In this document: positions 1-12,700 of the stretch, in pieces
Numbering within the stretch: position 1 is the stretch's first letter
How the letters are laid out: every line of letters begins with the position of its first letter
Source: Tubiluchus corallicola
Lineage: Eukaryota > Animalia > Priapulida
Assembly (NCBI GenBank): GCA_030141605.1
Contig: JAQGDQ010000136.1
Location: forward strand, 124,001-188,000
Length of the DNA stretch: 64,000 nucleotides
Direction: 5' to 3'
Notes under the pieces: model-generated
What the model saw: the letters and a program-made list of their open reading frames with translations, nothing else
What the model was told of the DNA's origin: nothing
Databases searched by the model: none
Position numbers and translations under genes: made by a program

Positions 1-183
1 CATATACAAATGTTTTATTTTAAGTATGTGAAGGGCAAATATTGAGACAATTATGCAGAGTTACTAGAGTCAATTACCAACAGTTTTATGTACATTTCAA
101 TAGAAGCAGCCCGTGCCAGGAGTCATTGAGTCAATTAAGCGATTGAGTCTATTAACCGTGAGTCTATTAAGCGGCGCCTACTG
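1..183. mobile_element. End of pogo/Tigger-like DNA element (partial)
   Basis: Ends ...gtctattaagcggcgcctactg followed by TA; highly similar to 27949-28128. Confidence 0.75.
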
Positions 184-339
184 TAATAATAAAAACCTTT
201 GGCAAAATCTATTATCAAATCATTCTCATAATTAAATGTACCTCTGCTGCACATAATTCTCATAAAAACACAAATGAAAGACCAGAGTAATAAAGGCAAT
301 TTCAACAAATTTAAAACAATTTAAATTAATGCATCGTTT

Positions 340-715
340 TTATATGTAAGTTGAAACCTCTTCATCAAACGTGACATTTTTCTTTTCCTGCATGGCTAAG
401 TGATCTTCAGTTACAAACTCAGGGACATCGCGTGATTTCTCATCAGCCTCATCAAATGCTGCAGTTTTTTCGAGGTCAGAAGCAGTGACCAAGCTTGGCA
501 TGACTTTTTGCAATATCGTCGGAGTGGAAACCGACTCTAGATCTATATTATCATCCTCTTCATTCGGTGGGGGTACCGTAGGTAGAGGTGGAGGAGTGCT
601 TGCCGTTGATACAGAAGAGGGCACTGATCGTTGCGAAGAAGATACTTCATTTGCAGGGGGTTTCAATTCATCATGAACAAACATGGGATTTTGTAAACCT
701 TGGTCCGTTGACTTC
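340..715 (-). CDS. Terminal exon: cytoplasmic tail (NPMF, polyPro, KKNVTF, ...EEVSTYI*)
   Basis: cag acceptor at 716-718, phase 2; ORF 340..684 extended 5' as KSTDQGLQNPMF. Confidence 0.88.
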
Positions 716-3700
716 CTGCAACAAAGAAAATTTAATCGACATTAGCATAACCTGTTCTTTAATATTAGCAATTTAACTGCTGTAAAGAAACATGTATTCT
801 GAATTCAACTTTTTACAATGTACTTCAACAAAATTTCTATTCTATAGTTTTATAGAGCACACAGCTATGTTTGATAAGAGTACAAAGAACAAACACAATT
901 ACAAGTTAATGATAACCATTTATGCACTGTGGCGAATTTTGACTGACGTTTAATTTATCAACTTAAAATTGTTTGTGTTTAAATTTGCTAGTTTTACAAA
1001 TTACAGTTCAGAAAAACACTGGCTGGGTAAAATATAACTAACAACATTACAATGTGACACTTGTCAAATAAATAAAACAATCACAACAGATTGTACAATC
1101 TGAAAGAAGATGCTACACGACAAAAACAAAGTTGAGTGCAATACCAGTCATCTCTAATCTGAGTGCGTCACATGCATTAGGTGTTTACTGTTTTGTTTAT
1201 ATTAGTGTTTTGGGCATCAATTCACATTAGTGACATACAATTCAGCTAAACATTGCATGCATTTAACACTATCGTGTTGCACCCGTGACGTTAAATTCAT
1301 AAATAGAACGAAAAATGATTCTGCACTCCTAATACTTATTTGAAACAAAGATTTGATTTAACCAAAGCAACAAGAATGCAGCAAAAAACTACCACCGACC
1401 GTAAAGACTTAACGTAAAGTGAAAGTCAATAATAAACTCATGCAACATCATGCTTAATACCAAGAAATCTTACCAATAAAATTCTATATTTGATGAATAT
1501 CTTAATATCACAACTCTGTCGTTGGTGAACGATATCCTAGCCTGTGCGATTAAAAGTAATACCAAATACATATACATCTTTACATCAATACAAAATCATA
1601 CACGAAGAAAACTGGCATATAGAAACGATATGTTAAGCAATAATTAATAGAGAAATGATTAGATATTTGTTACATTGTAGTCTCAACAGCTACATTGTAG
1701 CTTTAACACACCAGGCTGCTATGGAAACTATGGAAATTAATTTTTAACGCTTGCTTACTAATGCTACTTCATGAACAATATCAACAGTAACCACCGAGAT
1801 GAAATTGCACCACTGCAATTGTACCACTTCTGTTAGTGAATATATGCTGTAATGCTGTTTGCTCTATAAATGCACGTAAAAAATACAAACAATCTGTTGC
1901 AAGTTATTATCTTTCATAGTCATTCCACACTTGTTTAATTAAACCTATTAACTGGTTACTAAAATTAATCAATTAACTCTTTAATTCACTAAAGATGCAC
2001 AACTATCGCAATTAATTCTGAAACAGGCCTGGTGTGAATAAGCATAATTATTAAGTTGATATAAAATGCCAAAGAAGCAAAAGATTTTAGACAGTCTGAT
2101 ATTAAGAACTAAGACAGATGAGACAGAAGGACAGAAAGAAACGCACTCACATTGCTAAGTCGCCATTGGCCTGCCGTCGCCATCTTGACGGGTGACTAGA
2201 ATTGACAGTTAATGTGCTGACGTCACTACTGCAACGTAGTAACAAGGTAACAATATAGCAAACAATGTAGCAGACAAACAGATACAGCAGACAAAAAACT
2301 TAAAGCAAAACAAGTGCAACACAATTTTCAAAAGCACCTCTTTGAAAACCAAACAGACAACGAAAGCTTTAGACAAATAGGTATACCATACTTAAGTTTT
2401 AAAAGTAGCAATTTTAACAAACTACCATTCACTTCCTCTATAAAATGTCTTTTACCAAAGAAAGACAATGTTGGCATTCAAAAATGTACATTTTCAAAAA
2501 TCTAAATCTGGAATGTATTGTTTTTACTGTTTCTGTCAATTTAGCTGACTTTAAATGAGCCGTTAATTTTTAGAACTTGCAACAAAGACATGCTTAAAAT
2601 GCTCTTTCATATTTTCCTAGATTAACAAGTATCTTTCATCTAGTCAGTCACAAAACGGTATGTTTTTTTGTCATTGCACCCCTTTTTGTGTCAACTTCAA
2701 GTTCCAAAAGAAGCTAGACCCAGGACCAACATAAACCAGACAACATAGAAACAAACTGGGGTGCTAAGCATGGCAACAAATTAGAGAAATGGAACTTTCT
2801 TGTACCATATTAGCGAACTCAATATTTCTTGATGCTACGATGACTTTATAAAACATTGGCAAATAAAATAAATGTATTCATTTTAACAGAATAGTATAAC
2901 TATTAACATATTGTTAAGATTTTGCATAAAGAGAACACACTTACCCTGGCGGAATGTCATCCGTGTAAGTAGGATTAGTAACCATGAAGTCATTCGGTGT
3001 CGTACTGACCTCACTAATTGGTGGCAAGTCTTGTTTAGAAATTAAACTATCGCTACTTGTCCGAGAATGACTCTTGTCACGGCTGGTATAAACAAACATT
3101 ATATAGTATGATATTAAAATAATTGTTTTGAAAAGTGAGTTAACCAAAACACTGCATTTTTTGCCTGTTTGTTCCTTTTGGTTTCACACTCTCGATTTCT
3201 TCTCTCTACTCTCTCTTTTCTCCTTTCTAACACCTCTTAATCTTCACATCCTGTCTACCTTTATTATGATGCTAAAACTAAATCTGAAAGTTAAGATACA
3301 GCTAAATTTTTGAAATAAGTTTAATGTTTTAGCTGCTAAAAATCTTGGGAGACTGATGACTTTAATTTTAGGAGTATCTAATAATTACATGAAATGAACT
3401 ATTATTTTTGGATAATTGGGGAAATTTAGCTTATATATAAGTATTATTGTACAAAAAAGATAAAGAAACAAAAAAATTTAAATACCTTTTTACTAGGCAT
3501 ATAATGACAATGACGGCGATGAAGAGTATTAAACCAAAGACCACTCCCATGACGATCAGTCCGACTTCGCAAGGTTCTAATCCACTAGACTCCTGTTCCT
3601 GTTCTACAAGTTTGATATCCTCAATTGCAATGTTATATTTTTGAAGAGCTTCTTGAATCTCTACTTCTTTTTCAAATAAATCACTGAAAGGAAAAGTTAC

Positions 3701-6700
3701 ATGGAAATATTTGATTCAGTAAAAACAGATATATAGAATTTACCTACCTACTTCTACATTTACATATATATGTATAAGAAAATACAAGAAGACTAAGAAA
3801 GTTAAAATGTAATAAATTCACAAAGCAGTAAATATGGCAGCACAAATAAAATAACTAAATAAGTAGAAGAAATACAAGCAAAGTAAATCTTGAAGCTGTT
3901 TCATTATAACCTAATTAAAAGCACAAAATTTATACAAGTATGTTTCTGGTATTGTTTTGCTTTTGAAAATTGCCAAGAAAATCAGCCAAAGTTCTAAAAT
4001 CAAGACATCTAATGGAGCTCTGTATATTTAAAACTAAAACTTTTTTCTTATGCAGATGTAACAGAAAAATATAATATTTTTAAATGCTGCCTCAGTAATG
4101 CACAAAAATGTGACATTTAAAAACAAGTAATTCTTTGTTTATTTGTTCCAAATAGATGTAAACAGCAGCATGAAAACACACTAATAAATTGTCTATTGGT
4201 CTGCCAGTACAAACACAGGAACAAAGTTATAACAAAGAAATGCAGCCACTTTAATATCAGTTTATTCTTACTTTGCCTTCTCATGCACCGAGATAGAATT
4301 AAAGTGGGAAAACCTACAAGTATAGAACTGAGTTTTGAGGAAGTTCCCCTGAAACCCGTGCGAAATCAGACATTAAAGGTACATACTTATACAGCATATT
4401 TTTATCTTTCAGGTGGTTGTCATCGTCAACTCCGAACAAGAACATGTCTGTCCATTCAACCCGAACACCTGAACGCACTGTCCGTCTCCTTGCAGTGGCT
4501 TGCTCTGTGTGTGGTTCAACTCTTGCGATATTCACATCGTACCCAACAATCTCAGTGATGTCCCTGCGGGATATATTTATCAACTTTCAGAATTTGGTAA
4601 ACAGATTTATGCAAGAACAGCAGTAATTCATAAGTGACATAAACTTGCTTAAAATTATTTACCCAACACATATCAACAAATGCTCTGTTTCAAGTTTAAA
4701 CACAAAGTAACAGCTTAATGTGTTTGACAGAATTGGAAAAGTTCACCGTCTATTTTTTTGTCCCAATATAAGAAGAAATTGCTTCTGATAAGCCTTTTCT
4801 AGTTTCGTTGTGTGCATGGGCAGTTCCTGCAGATCAAAGATTAAATGTATCACAACAACACGTCTTCACAGTCATGTGACATGTACATAAAGCAAAGCCG
4901 TCAGCTGCATCAGTTCAGTAACATCAATTATTTTACATGGACTTTACTCATTTATGCCTTAGTCTGTGCATAGAGTGATTTACTAGCAGGACATTTCTTG
5001 GAAACAAGAAAAATGTAGGTAAGGTTCTAGCTGTTCAAACTGTTAGTATTACAACAACATGGGCTGTGAGACATTGTCAAGTGTACACAAATATGTTGTC
5101 CGGTACACTTAACCTTTGACGTTTTCACGATCATCACCAATCGCTGGAACTGTGGAAAGGCTTATACACTTAAAACTGTTTGGATTCTTGTTGCAAACAA
5201 ATTCAATTATAAGCATGTTGTGCATAAAGTGCATGTTGTTACAGACAGATTGGAAATTTTTAGTTGTACGAAAAACATTCACTAACCAAATCTGGTAACT
5301 TAGTGAAGACTATTCAATGACAAAAAACGTGAGATGGCATAAGATAAAAAATTACTAACATTCCTATAGCTCGCATGTTGTCGATTACAACTACTGGTGG
5401 CACATCAGCTACCATTACCACATAATCAAATTCGCTTATCTTGTATACCTGAAATATTTTCATTCAAGAATATCATGAAAATTGATACCATGAAACCACG
5501 AAGCCATTCCAGTAAACTAACTAAAATGATAAATTTTGCAGTATGCACTTAACACTTGCAGGTGTCTTAGAGTGCTCAAATCATTACCAGCATCAGGATG
5601 AGATGCTTCATCATCCAAAGTATAAATACAGAAAACGATAACTATTTGCAGTTATAATAACACTCTTAAATTTGGAAATTAAATGCCTTTCAACAAAAGT
5701 GATTTGTGAAACTTGTTAAATATTATAGGAAAATGGCGAGTTTGGTATTTCTTCCAAATTTTAAACAAAACAGAAAAATTACAGATTTTGCCAATAGTGG
5801 AGTAAAAACCCACCCCTGTGTTTTACCTAATATTGACACCCTTTAACGGTTAAGTAACGGTTGACGATTAAGTAAGCACTATATAGGTCATCAGTGATGA
5901 CTAGTGTGAACAGCAGTACGAAGTACATGGGTTCGAATATTTGATTGGGTACAAATATTAAGGTTTTATTCACTGATGTAAGTAAAGGTGTTCTAGTATA
6001 ATGTTGTTATGTAAGAAGATACCCAAACATTGGCTCTTGTAGCAAGCCCATGGTCAGCACCCCAATTATCTCTAGCTTCAACATCAAATCCGAATCGCAC
6101 TTCCGGCTCCAAGCTCATTTTTGTCGCCAAGTACACGATTCCAGTAAGTGGATCAATAACAAACTTTTCGCTATCGGGGCCTTGAATTATGGAGTATGCG
6201 ATTGCAGAGTTGTTGCCTTCATCAAGATCAGTGGCCTAAACATTAAAAACATTAAGTACACAGTTACTAAACAAATAGCTCACAGTTACTCAACAAACGA
6301 GAATCTTGAATAAACTCAGTTGGCTAAATATCACCATCATAACAAAAAAAATCAAAAATTACTCTAATCCACAAGCCGCCAAAAACTACAGATGGACTGT
6401 TTAATAATCTAACATAAGCTAACTTACATCATTTTTCATTAGCATTAAAGCTACTTCCTCAAAAAAACGTCATCTGTAAATGCCAAGTCAATATAGCGGA
6501 GTCACATAATGACTAAACAACAGTCAAATTTATGAACTCTGTTTTCTAAAGTTACCATTGCAACTTGCATGTAGTTTTTACTCACATACACATGTAGAAC
6601 CATGTCTCCATACGTATGCTGATCCGTTACCGTGCCAACCAGTGGACGATCATCGTTACCAAAATCTGGAGCGTGGTTGTTAATGTCGCCCACTATTACT

Positions 6701-9700
6701 TCGATTGATGCTTCATCTAACATTAGCATAATAAAATGTTACAATGTACTTTTAAATGTACAACATTAGTTTTTTTGTAAATAGCAGTAAACTGTTAAAA
6801 ATTGTCTGTCGAAGTGCCACTGTGAAAGTGGTGTCAATTAAATGTATAGAAATTTGCACTCATTGGACCTTACCTGTAAGATTTGTAGATATTTGCATCA
6901 CTTGAACTCTGAATTGGTACTTTGACATTTCTTGTCTGTCCAACATAACTTTGGTTTGAATTAAACCAGTCTCCGTGTTAAGGTTAAATGTAGCTAACAA
7001 AGGAAAAATAATGCAAATTAGCATAATTTAAACTAAAATGTACAGACTGCTAATTTTGCTAAATAGAGTTACAATATACACTTGTCAGCAATCTTGAACA
7101 TTTTTAATATGAAAAAAATGCCTATAATATAAGCTTTACAAGTGTTTTTTCAATGCCAGAATTTACTTATCCTGAGAGCAATGAGCAAAAACGTTGAACG
7201 ACAAGATTTGTATGCCTCTACGGAGACCAAGTGACTATTATTAGTTTAAGAAATGCCACTAGGGCCTGTTTTTCTCCTGATGTGGAATGTAAAAACTAAT
7301 GTAATCCCATTAAAAGAAGCAGTTACGCTTTTCTTAAAGCAATATTTGCTCCTTTCGGGTGATATGAATAACATACGCTTAAGCTGATGCTTTTAGAGAA
7401 ATTCAGTTCAATTTCCAAGATTTAGAATAAATAGCTTACAAAAGCCGCTTGGCATAACTTAACTTTTGTATAATATAAGCCGCAACAATATGCAAAATAA
7501 AAAACGGATAATAAAACTAGCCATATTTCAGAACCATTTGGGCATGGTCCAGAGTTACTCTCAGTCCTCATTTAATTTTGGTTTAATCTTTTATAAGTCT
7601 CACCTTCAATTTGTGGAGACAAGTCCACAAATGCATATTCATAATTGCCCACCTCCAACGGAACTTCTTTGCCCAAATCAATAACCTCAACAGGAGGCTC
7701 TTGACCTTCATCAACAGTGACCTGGTAGGCATCACGTGTGAAAATGTTTCCAGAACCAGGAACTTCGAAAACTGACACAATTATCTGAAAACGTATAAAA
7801 ATTGAAAAACGTGTACTAAGAGCTATATCTGTGGTATGGTGCTTTGACAGGTCTAATAGTACCTGAATAGTTGAATATACCACATAGCAAATAAAATTAG
7901 CAACATAGCGTAAAAATACTTCTGTGCCTACGTGAAAAATTACTAAATGGAAAACGAAATAATAAAAAACAAACAGAACAACAACTGAAGAAAAAACCGA
8001 GAAGTACAAGATTAGCAGCTATGTTTACACTGAAGCTTTCCGATAGATGCTCATCAATTTGCAGGACGTTTGGATAATTTCTGTAAAGGATTGTTGCTGA
8101 CGGGTGAACTCAAGGTCACTAAGATTCTGGGAGATACTCTCGGACCCACAATTTTTTTGCAGCTACATTTATAAAAAGACTGATACACAACATTGGCAAT
8201 TTCATTTGACACATTAACTAATTTATCATTGTTAAGTAATTGAAAGTGAAACTGAGAGAAATTACTTTTGTTGATGAGAAGTAGCTTGATTGCTTTCCAA
8301 AATTTTCAACTATTTCTAGTAGACTTTGACAAATGTTTTCTGAGTAAGCGTTAATGGATTTTTGATCAAGTTTTGTCGAAAGATTTCTTTGTTTCTTGAA
8401 CTTTAACCAATTTCTGTCAGTGTCAATTAATGTCATGACAACAACAGCTTGTGTAAAATAACCATATAAAATATTTGGTGGTTTGCAGCAGAAAAGATAT
8501 AACAAATTTGAGCCATTCATAGTTACTCCTGGAGCAATAGTTTCAATGAGTTCAGTTTCCAGCAAAATTCATTTCTATCTCAACATATATTGAAACAAAA
8601 TACCATGAACGGTGCATTTGGAAAAGATTGCTCAAGTTTAGTTTCTGATGCACAAAAGCAGTCCATGGCAAGAACATTCATAATATGTTTACACGAGAAC
8701 ATTTACACAATGAGACAATCACATTTATTTCGGAAACTATTTATATTTATGTAACAAAATAGAAAGTTTTTCGGATTTTTCTCTCTGATATCAATCAATC
8801 CATATTCATTCTAATGTATGTCCAGGTTGTCATTTGGTGAAGGTCTATTGAGAATATTACAGATGTATGTGGTATGGACATGCCCTGAAAGCTAGTATTA
8901 GTGAAGCTATTTTGATTTTAGATCAAGTAAAAACTTAAATTTGGATGGAATCTTGGCTTTCAAGTCACTCATAGTGCTGGAATGCAAAAGTTTTGTTGAC
9001 AATGTTAATATAAATTCATTACGTGCATTTAAACCACCGTTCAAGACTGAGCGAAGAGTTGGAACTCTAAATCCAGCAGTTTGTCCAATATTTAATCATA
9101 TTTTTCAGATGAGCCAAGATGTTTTGCGGTTGCTATATCATGCGCAAGAAAAAAGAAGCAAAGCATCAACTTTTTGTGTTTACTGGACAAATAAAATCAG
9201 TTTTTCTTACTGACAGAAGAGAATTAGTGCCTTACCGCTTGAATTTGATACTTTCATTTGAAGTTTAGCTTGGAACACAGAGCCGAGCACAGAATATAGA
9301 CCACAGCCACAAAAAAGTACGTACTGAAAGTGCTAGTAGAAATTTTACACACTGAGATCAAGGAAGAAGTTAAAACCCACCTGGGTAGTGTCCGTCTCCC
9401 CATTGTCTGGATCACGGGCTTCAATTGTCAACTTGTACGTCTCACCATACACCAGTCTTCCTTGCAGTAACAGCGTTCCAGAATCCATTGTAAAAATATC
9501 ATCATCATTTCCATCTGAAAATGTGTCACAATAATCAAATAAGGTATAATTCTAAATTTACTAATGTGGTTCAATTTTAAAAATGGCATAAATAACTTGC
9601 AAGATAAAGTTTGAATATCAAATCAAAATAATTTTCAACTTCCACAAATTTCTTGATCCTACATCAGACAGTGCCTGGATAAGGTATAAAAAAATTAAAG

Positions 9701-12700
9701 AGGTACAAAAAACAATGGTAGCTCTGGAGGTTAGAAAGCTAGAAAAGCAATATATACTTAAATACCTGTGATCCGGTACTCATAATTCTCTTCACAGCAA
9801 GCTGTGACAGTTATGAGTTCAGTTTCGGCAGGTGTGTCTTCTGATGCCGATACGTGATACTGACCACATTCGAATTTGGGCTTTTCAGGTGCCTGTAAAA
9901 AATTCAGTCATAAGGACAAAAGTTAATAAGCTAAGTTTGGTCATGCCCTAAGCATGTAACCATTGCACTGATTGACTAGTTCTGACTTACCAGCTGTAAG
10001 ATCGTTGTCCAATTTGTCAATCAACATTGTGGAGAATTAGTAGATCTTTGTTAGAAGAACAACAAAAGAAGTACAAATGATGATGATGATTATGACCATA
10101 TAGGACTGAAAAGCTGGACGTCTTTAACAAATTAAAATATTTATTTTAATTATTTTGCTTTAACCCTTATAACTATTATAAATATTCTAATTTGTTAAAA
10201 GTGCTCAGCTTTTTAGTGCTTTGTGTCTTTTGTTGCTGCTTCAAGTTGTTAATTTAGCGAAAGACATCTTTGAACAACTGTGAGCACTGCACCAAAACAA
10301 TATAATTTAAATCAGCATTGTCAGTTAAATTAAGCAACTCAACTGTTTCTTCTAATTTCAAATTAAAAAAATCGTCTTTTACAGCTACGCTTATGGACCA
10401 GGATGAAGGTTCAAAACATATTTGTCAGTTTGTCTGTCAACTTGGTAAAACTAAATAGAAGAAAACCAAAACTGATAGCCAAACAAAATAGATAATATAA
10501 ACAAAACAGACTAAATAAGTAAATAAACAGCGGAGATGAAATAATACCATTGTCGTTTCTGTGAGCTCATTCGTTGTTTTACTGCTACCTTCAGTGGTGT
10601 CAGTCACCTTTACAATAAACAAAAAACTAAACATTGATGCACAAAAAGAAAATTCACAATAAACAAATAAGCAAACCAAAAATTAATATAAATAAATGAA
10701 AATGACAAATAAAATAAAAATAATGAACATGTAGTAGTTATATAATCCAGCAATAGAATAGGGCCTTGTGTAATTGCCATGGGAAATTCATGGTGATTTT
10801 TGATGCTATATATCATTCTAAAATATGAGATGAGTAAATATCTAAACAATAAGATGTCACTTTTTAAACAAATATAAATTCAAAATTGAAGTTGGCATCT
10901 AAGTAAAATTAATCACTGAGATATCTAGTTATATTACCTACTAATGTCCAAAAATGACTGATGCTTGCAGAGAAATATCTCCATGGTTAAGATTGTACAT
11001 ACATGTACCCAAACCTAGCCAAAAACTTTACAAATGGTGAATAAACTGTGCATAAACCCGCAACAAAACACATCACACCACTTCACAACAACAATCCAAG
11101 CCACAAAAATAATCCACACCACAATAACTTTCAACAACACCAACTACAACACAAGAGCATGGCAAAAGCATGCAAAAATGAATGGACATGGGACAATGCC
11201 AATTGCCAGACACCACCAGCCTGAAATGAAACTTAATTATACCAACTATGCCAACATAGAGATATTTCACAATGAGCTGCAGTTATTTGTGGACTCTAAT
11301 AAGTACTATAACTAGACATTAGAATGATTAATTTCATTTAATTAGGAACTTGAACAGTAGGCAATCATCTTAGACACCATCTTGAACTATAAACTTACAT
11401 TAGTTTAGAAAATAACATCATATTTTTGCAATATACATGTCATAAGCTTAAAAATGATATATAACATCAAAAATTAACACGAATTTCCCACGAGACGAAA
11501 AAAATGGTACATAAACCACTACGCTATAATCTTATCAGTAGTTTTGCTGTTACCACCAGTAATATGAGTCACCTTTGCCAAGAAAACCAATGGTGGATGG
11601 GCAAAAAGGGATTCAAGCAAACAAAACACATTTGCTTAAATAAACTATAAAATTTAGTGAATAAGTTAATAAAAATCACTTAAAAAATCATGTGACATAT
11701 TAAAAGGACAGGCAAAAAAATATAAATAAATGAACACACGAATATGAATCATGTAAAAAAATGGATCGATTAAAACTAATAAATAGGTATAAAAAGAATA
11801 AAATAAAATTACACAAATCCATCAAATGGAAACAAAAGCAACTAAAAACTAAAAATAAATAACTAAAAAATACTCCAGTTATTGTTGCACTGCTGCTGTC
11901 AGTACTGTCTGTCACCTTAGTAAAACAGAAAATGTTAAAAACTAAAAGTGACAGCCACACAAATAAATAAATAAAATAAAATAAATAAATAAATGAAACT
12001 ATATAATACCACAGTTATGTCTGTAAATTCATCGGTTGCTCCACTACTACCGTCAGTAACGACAGTCACCTAAGGTTAAAAGTATTAAGTGATGATTACA
12101 TTAAATTAAGTAAATAAATTAAATCAACTAAAATAAATAATTCAGCAAATAAACAAAAAACTTAAACTCAGTTAAACAAAAGGAATAAAAAAAATTAAGG
12201 ACTGCAGATACCCCAGTAACTTTAGTCGTTGTAGCTCTGCTATGTCAGATCAGAAAAAATGGATATAAAGAAACAATTTTAAGTCCACATTGTTTCGCTT
12301 AAACAGCAGCTAGCCAAACAAAGAAATCACAAGTAGAAAGAATAAATGGAAATAAATAACAAAGTAAATAAATAAACCCAAAGACACACAAAACTAAATA
12401 AATTAAAGTAACTAAAAAATAGTTAATGAAATAAATAAATTCAATAAAGAATAAATAAAATAAATAACTACATAAAAAGTACCGCAGTTGTTTCTGTAAC
12501 TTCATCGGTCCTGTCACTGTTGCTGTCAGTACTGTATGTTCCCTTCGATAAAAAAACGACAAAAAATGTTGGTGAGCAAAAGTTTGGCACCAAGAAATAA
12601 AAATAAATAAGCAATTATATAAAAAACAATGAAATAAATAAGTACAATAAATAATAAATTAAAATAAAATAACTATATAAACAGTACCGCAGTTGTTTCT

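Noticed and set aside
5885-5960. tRNA-like B box (gggttcgaat)
   Set aside because: No cloverleaf or A box; at most a degraded SINE.
9991-9993. Possible 3-nt microexon (cttacag|CTG|gtaagt) before exon 9766-9892
   Set aside because: Splice-like dinucleotides only, with a weak pyrimidine tract; cannot be supported without reads.
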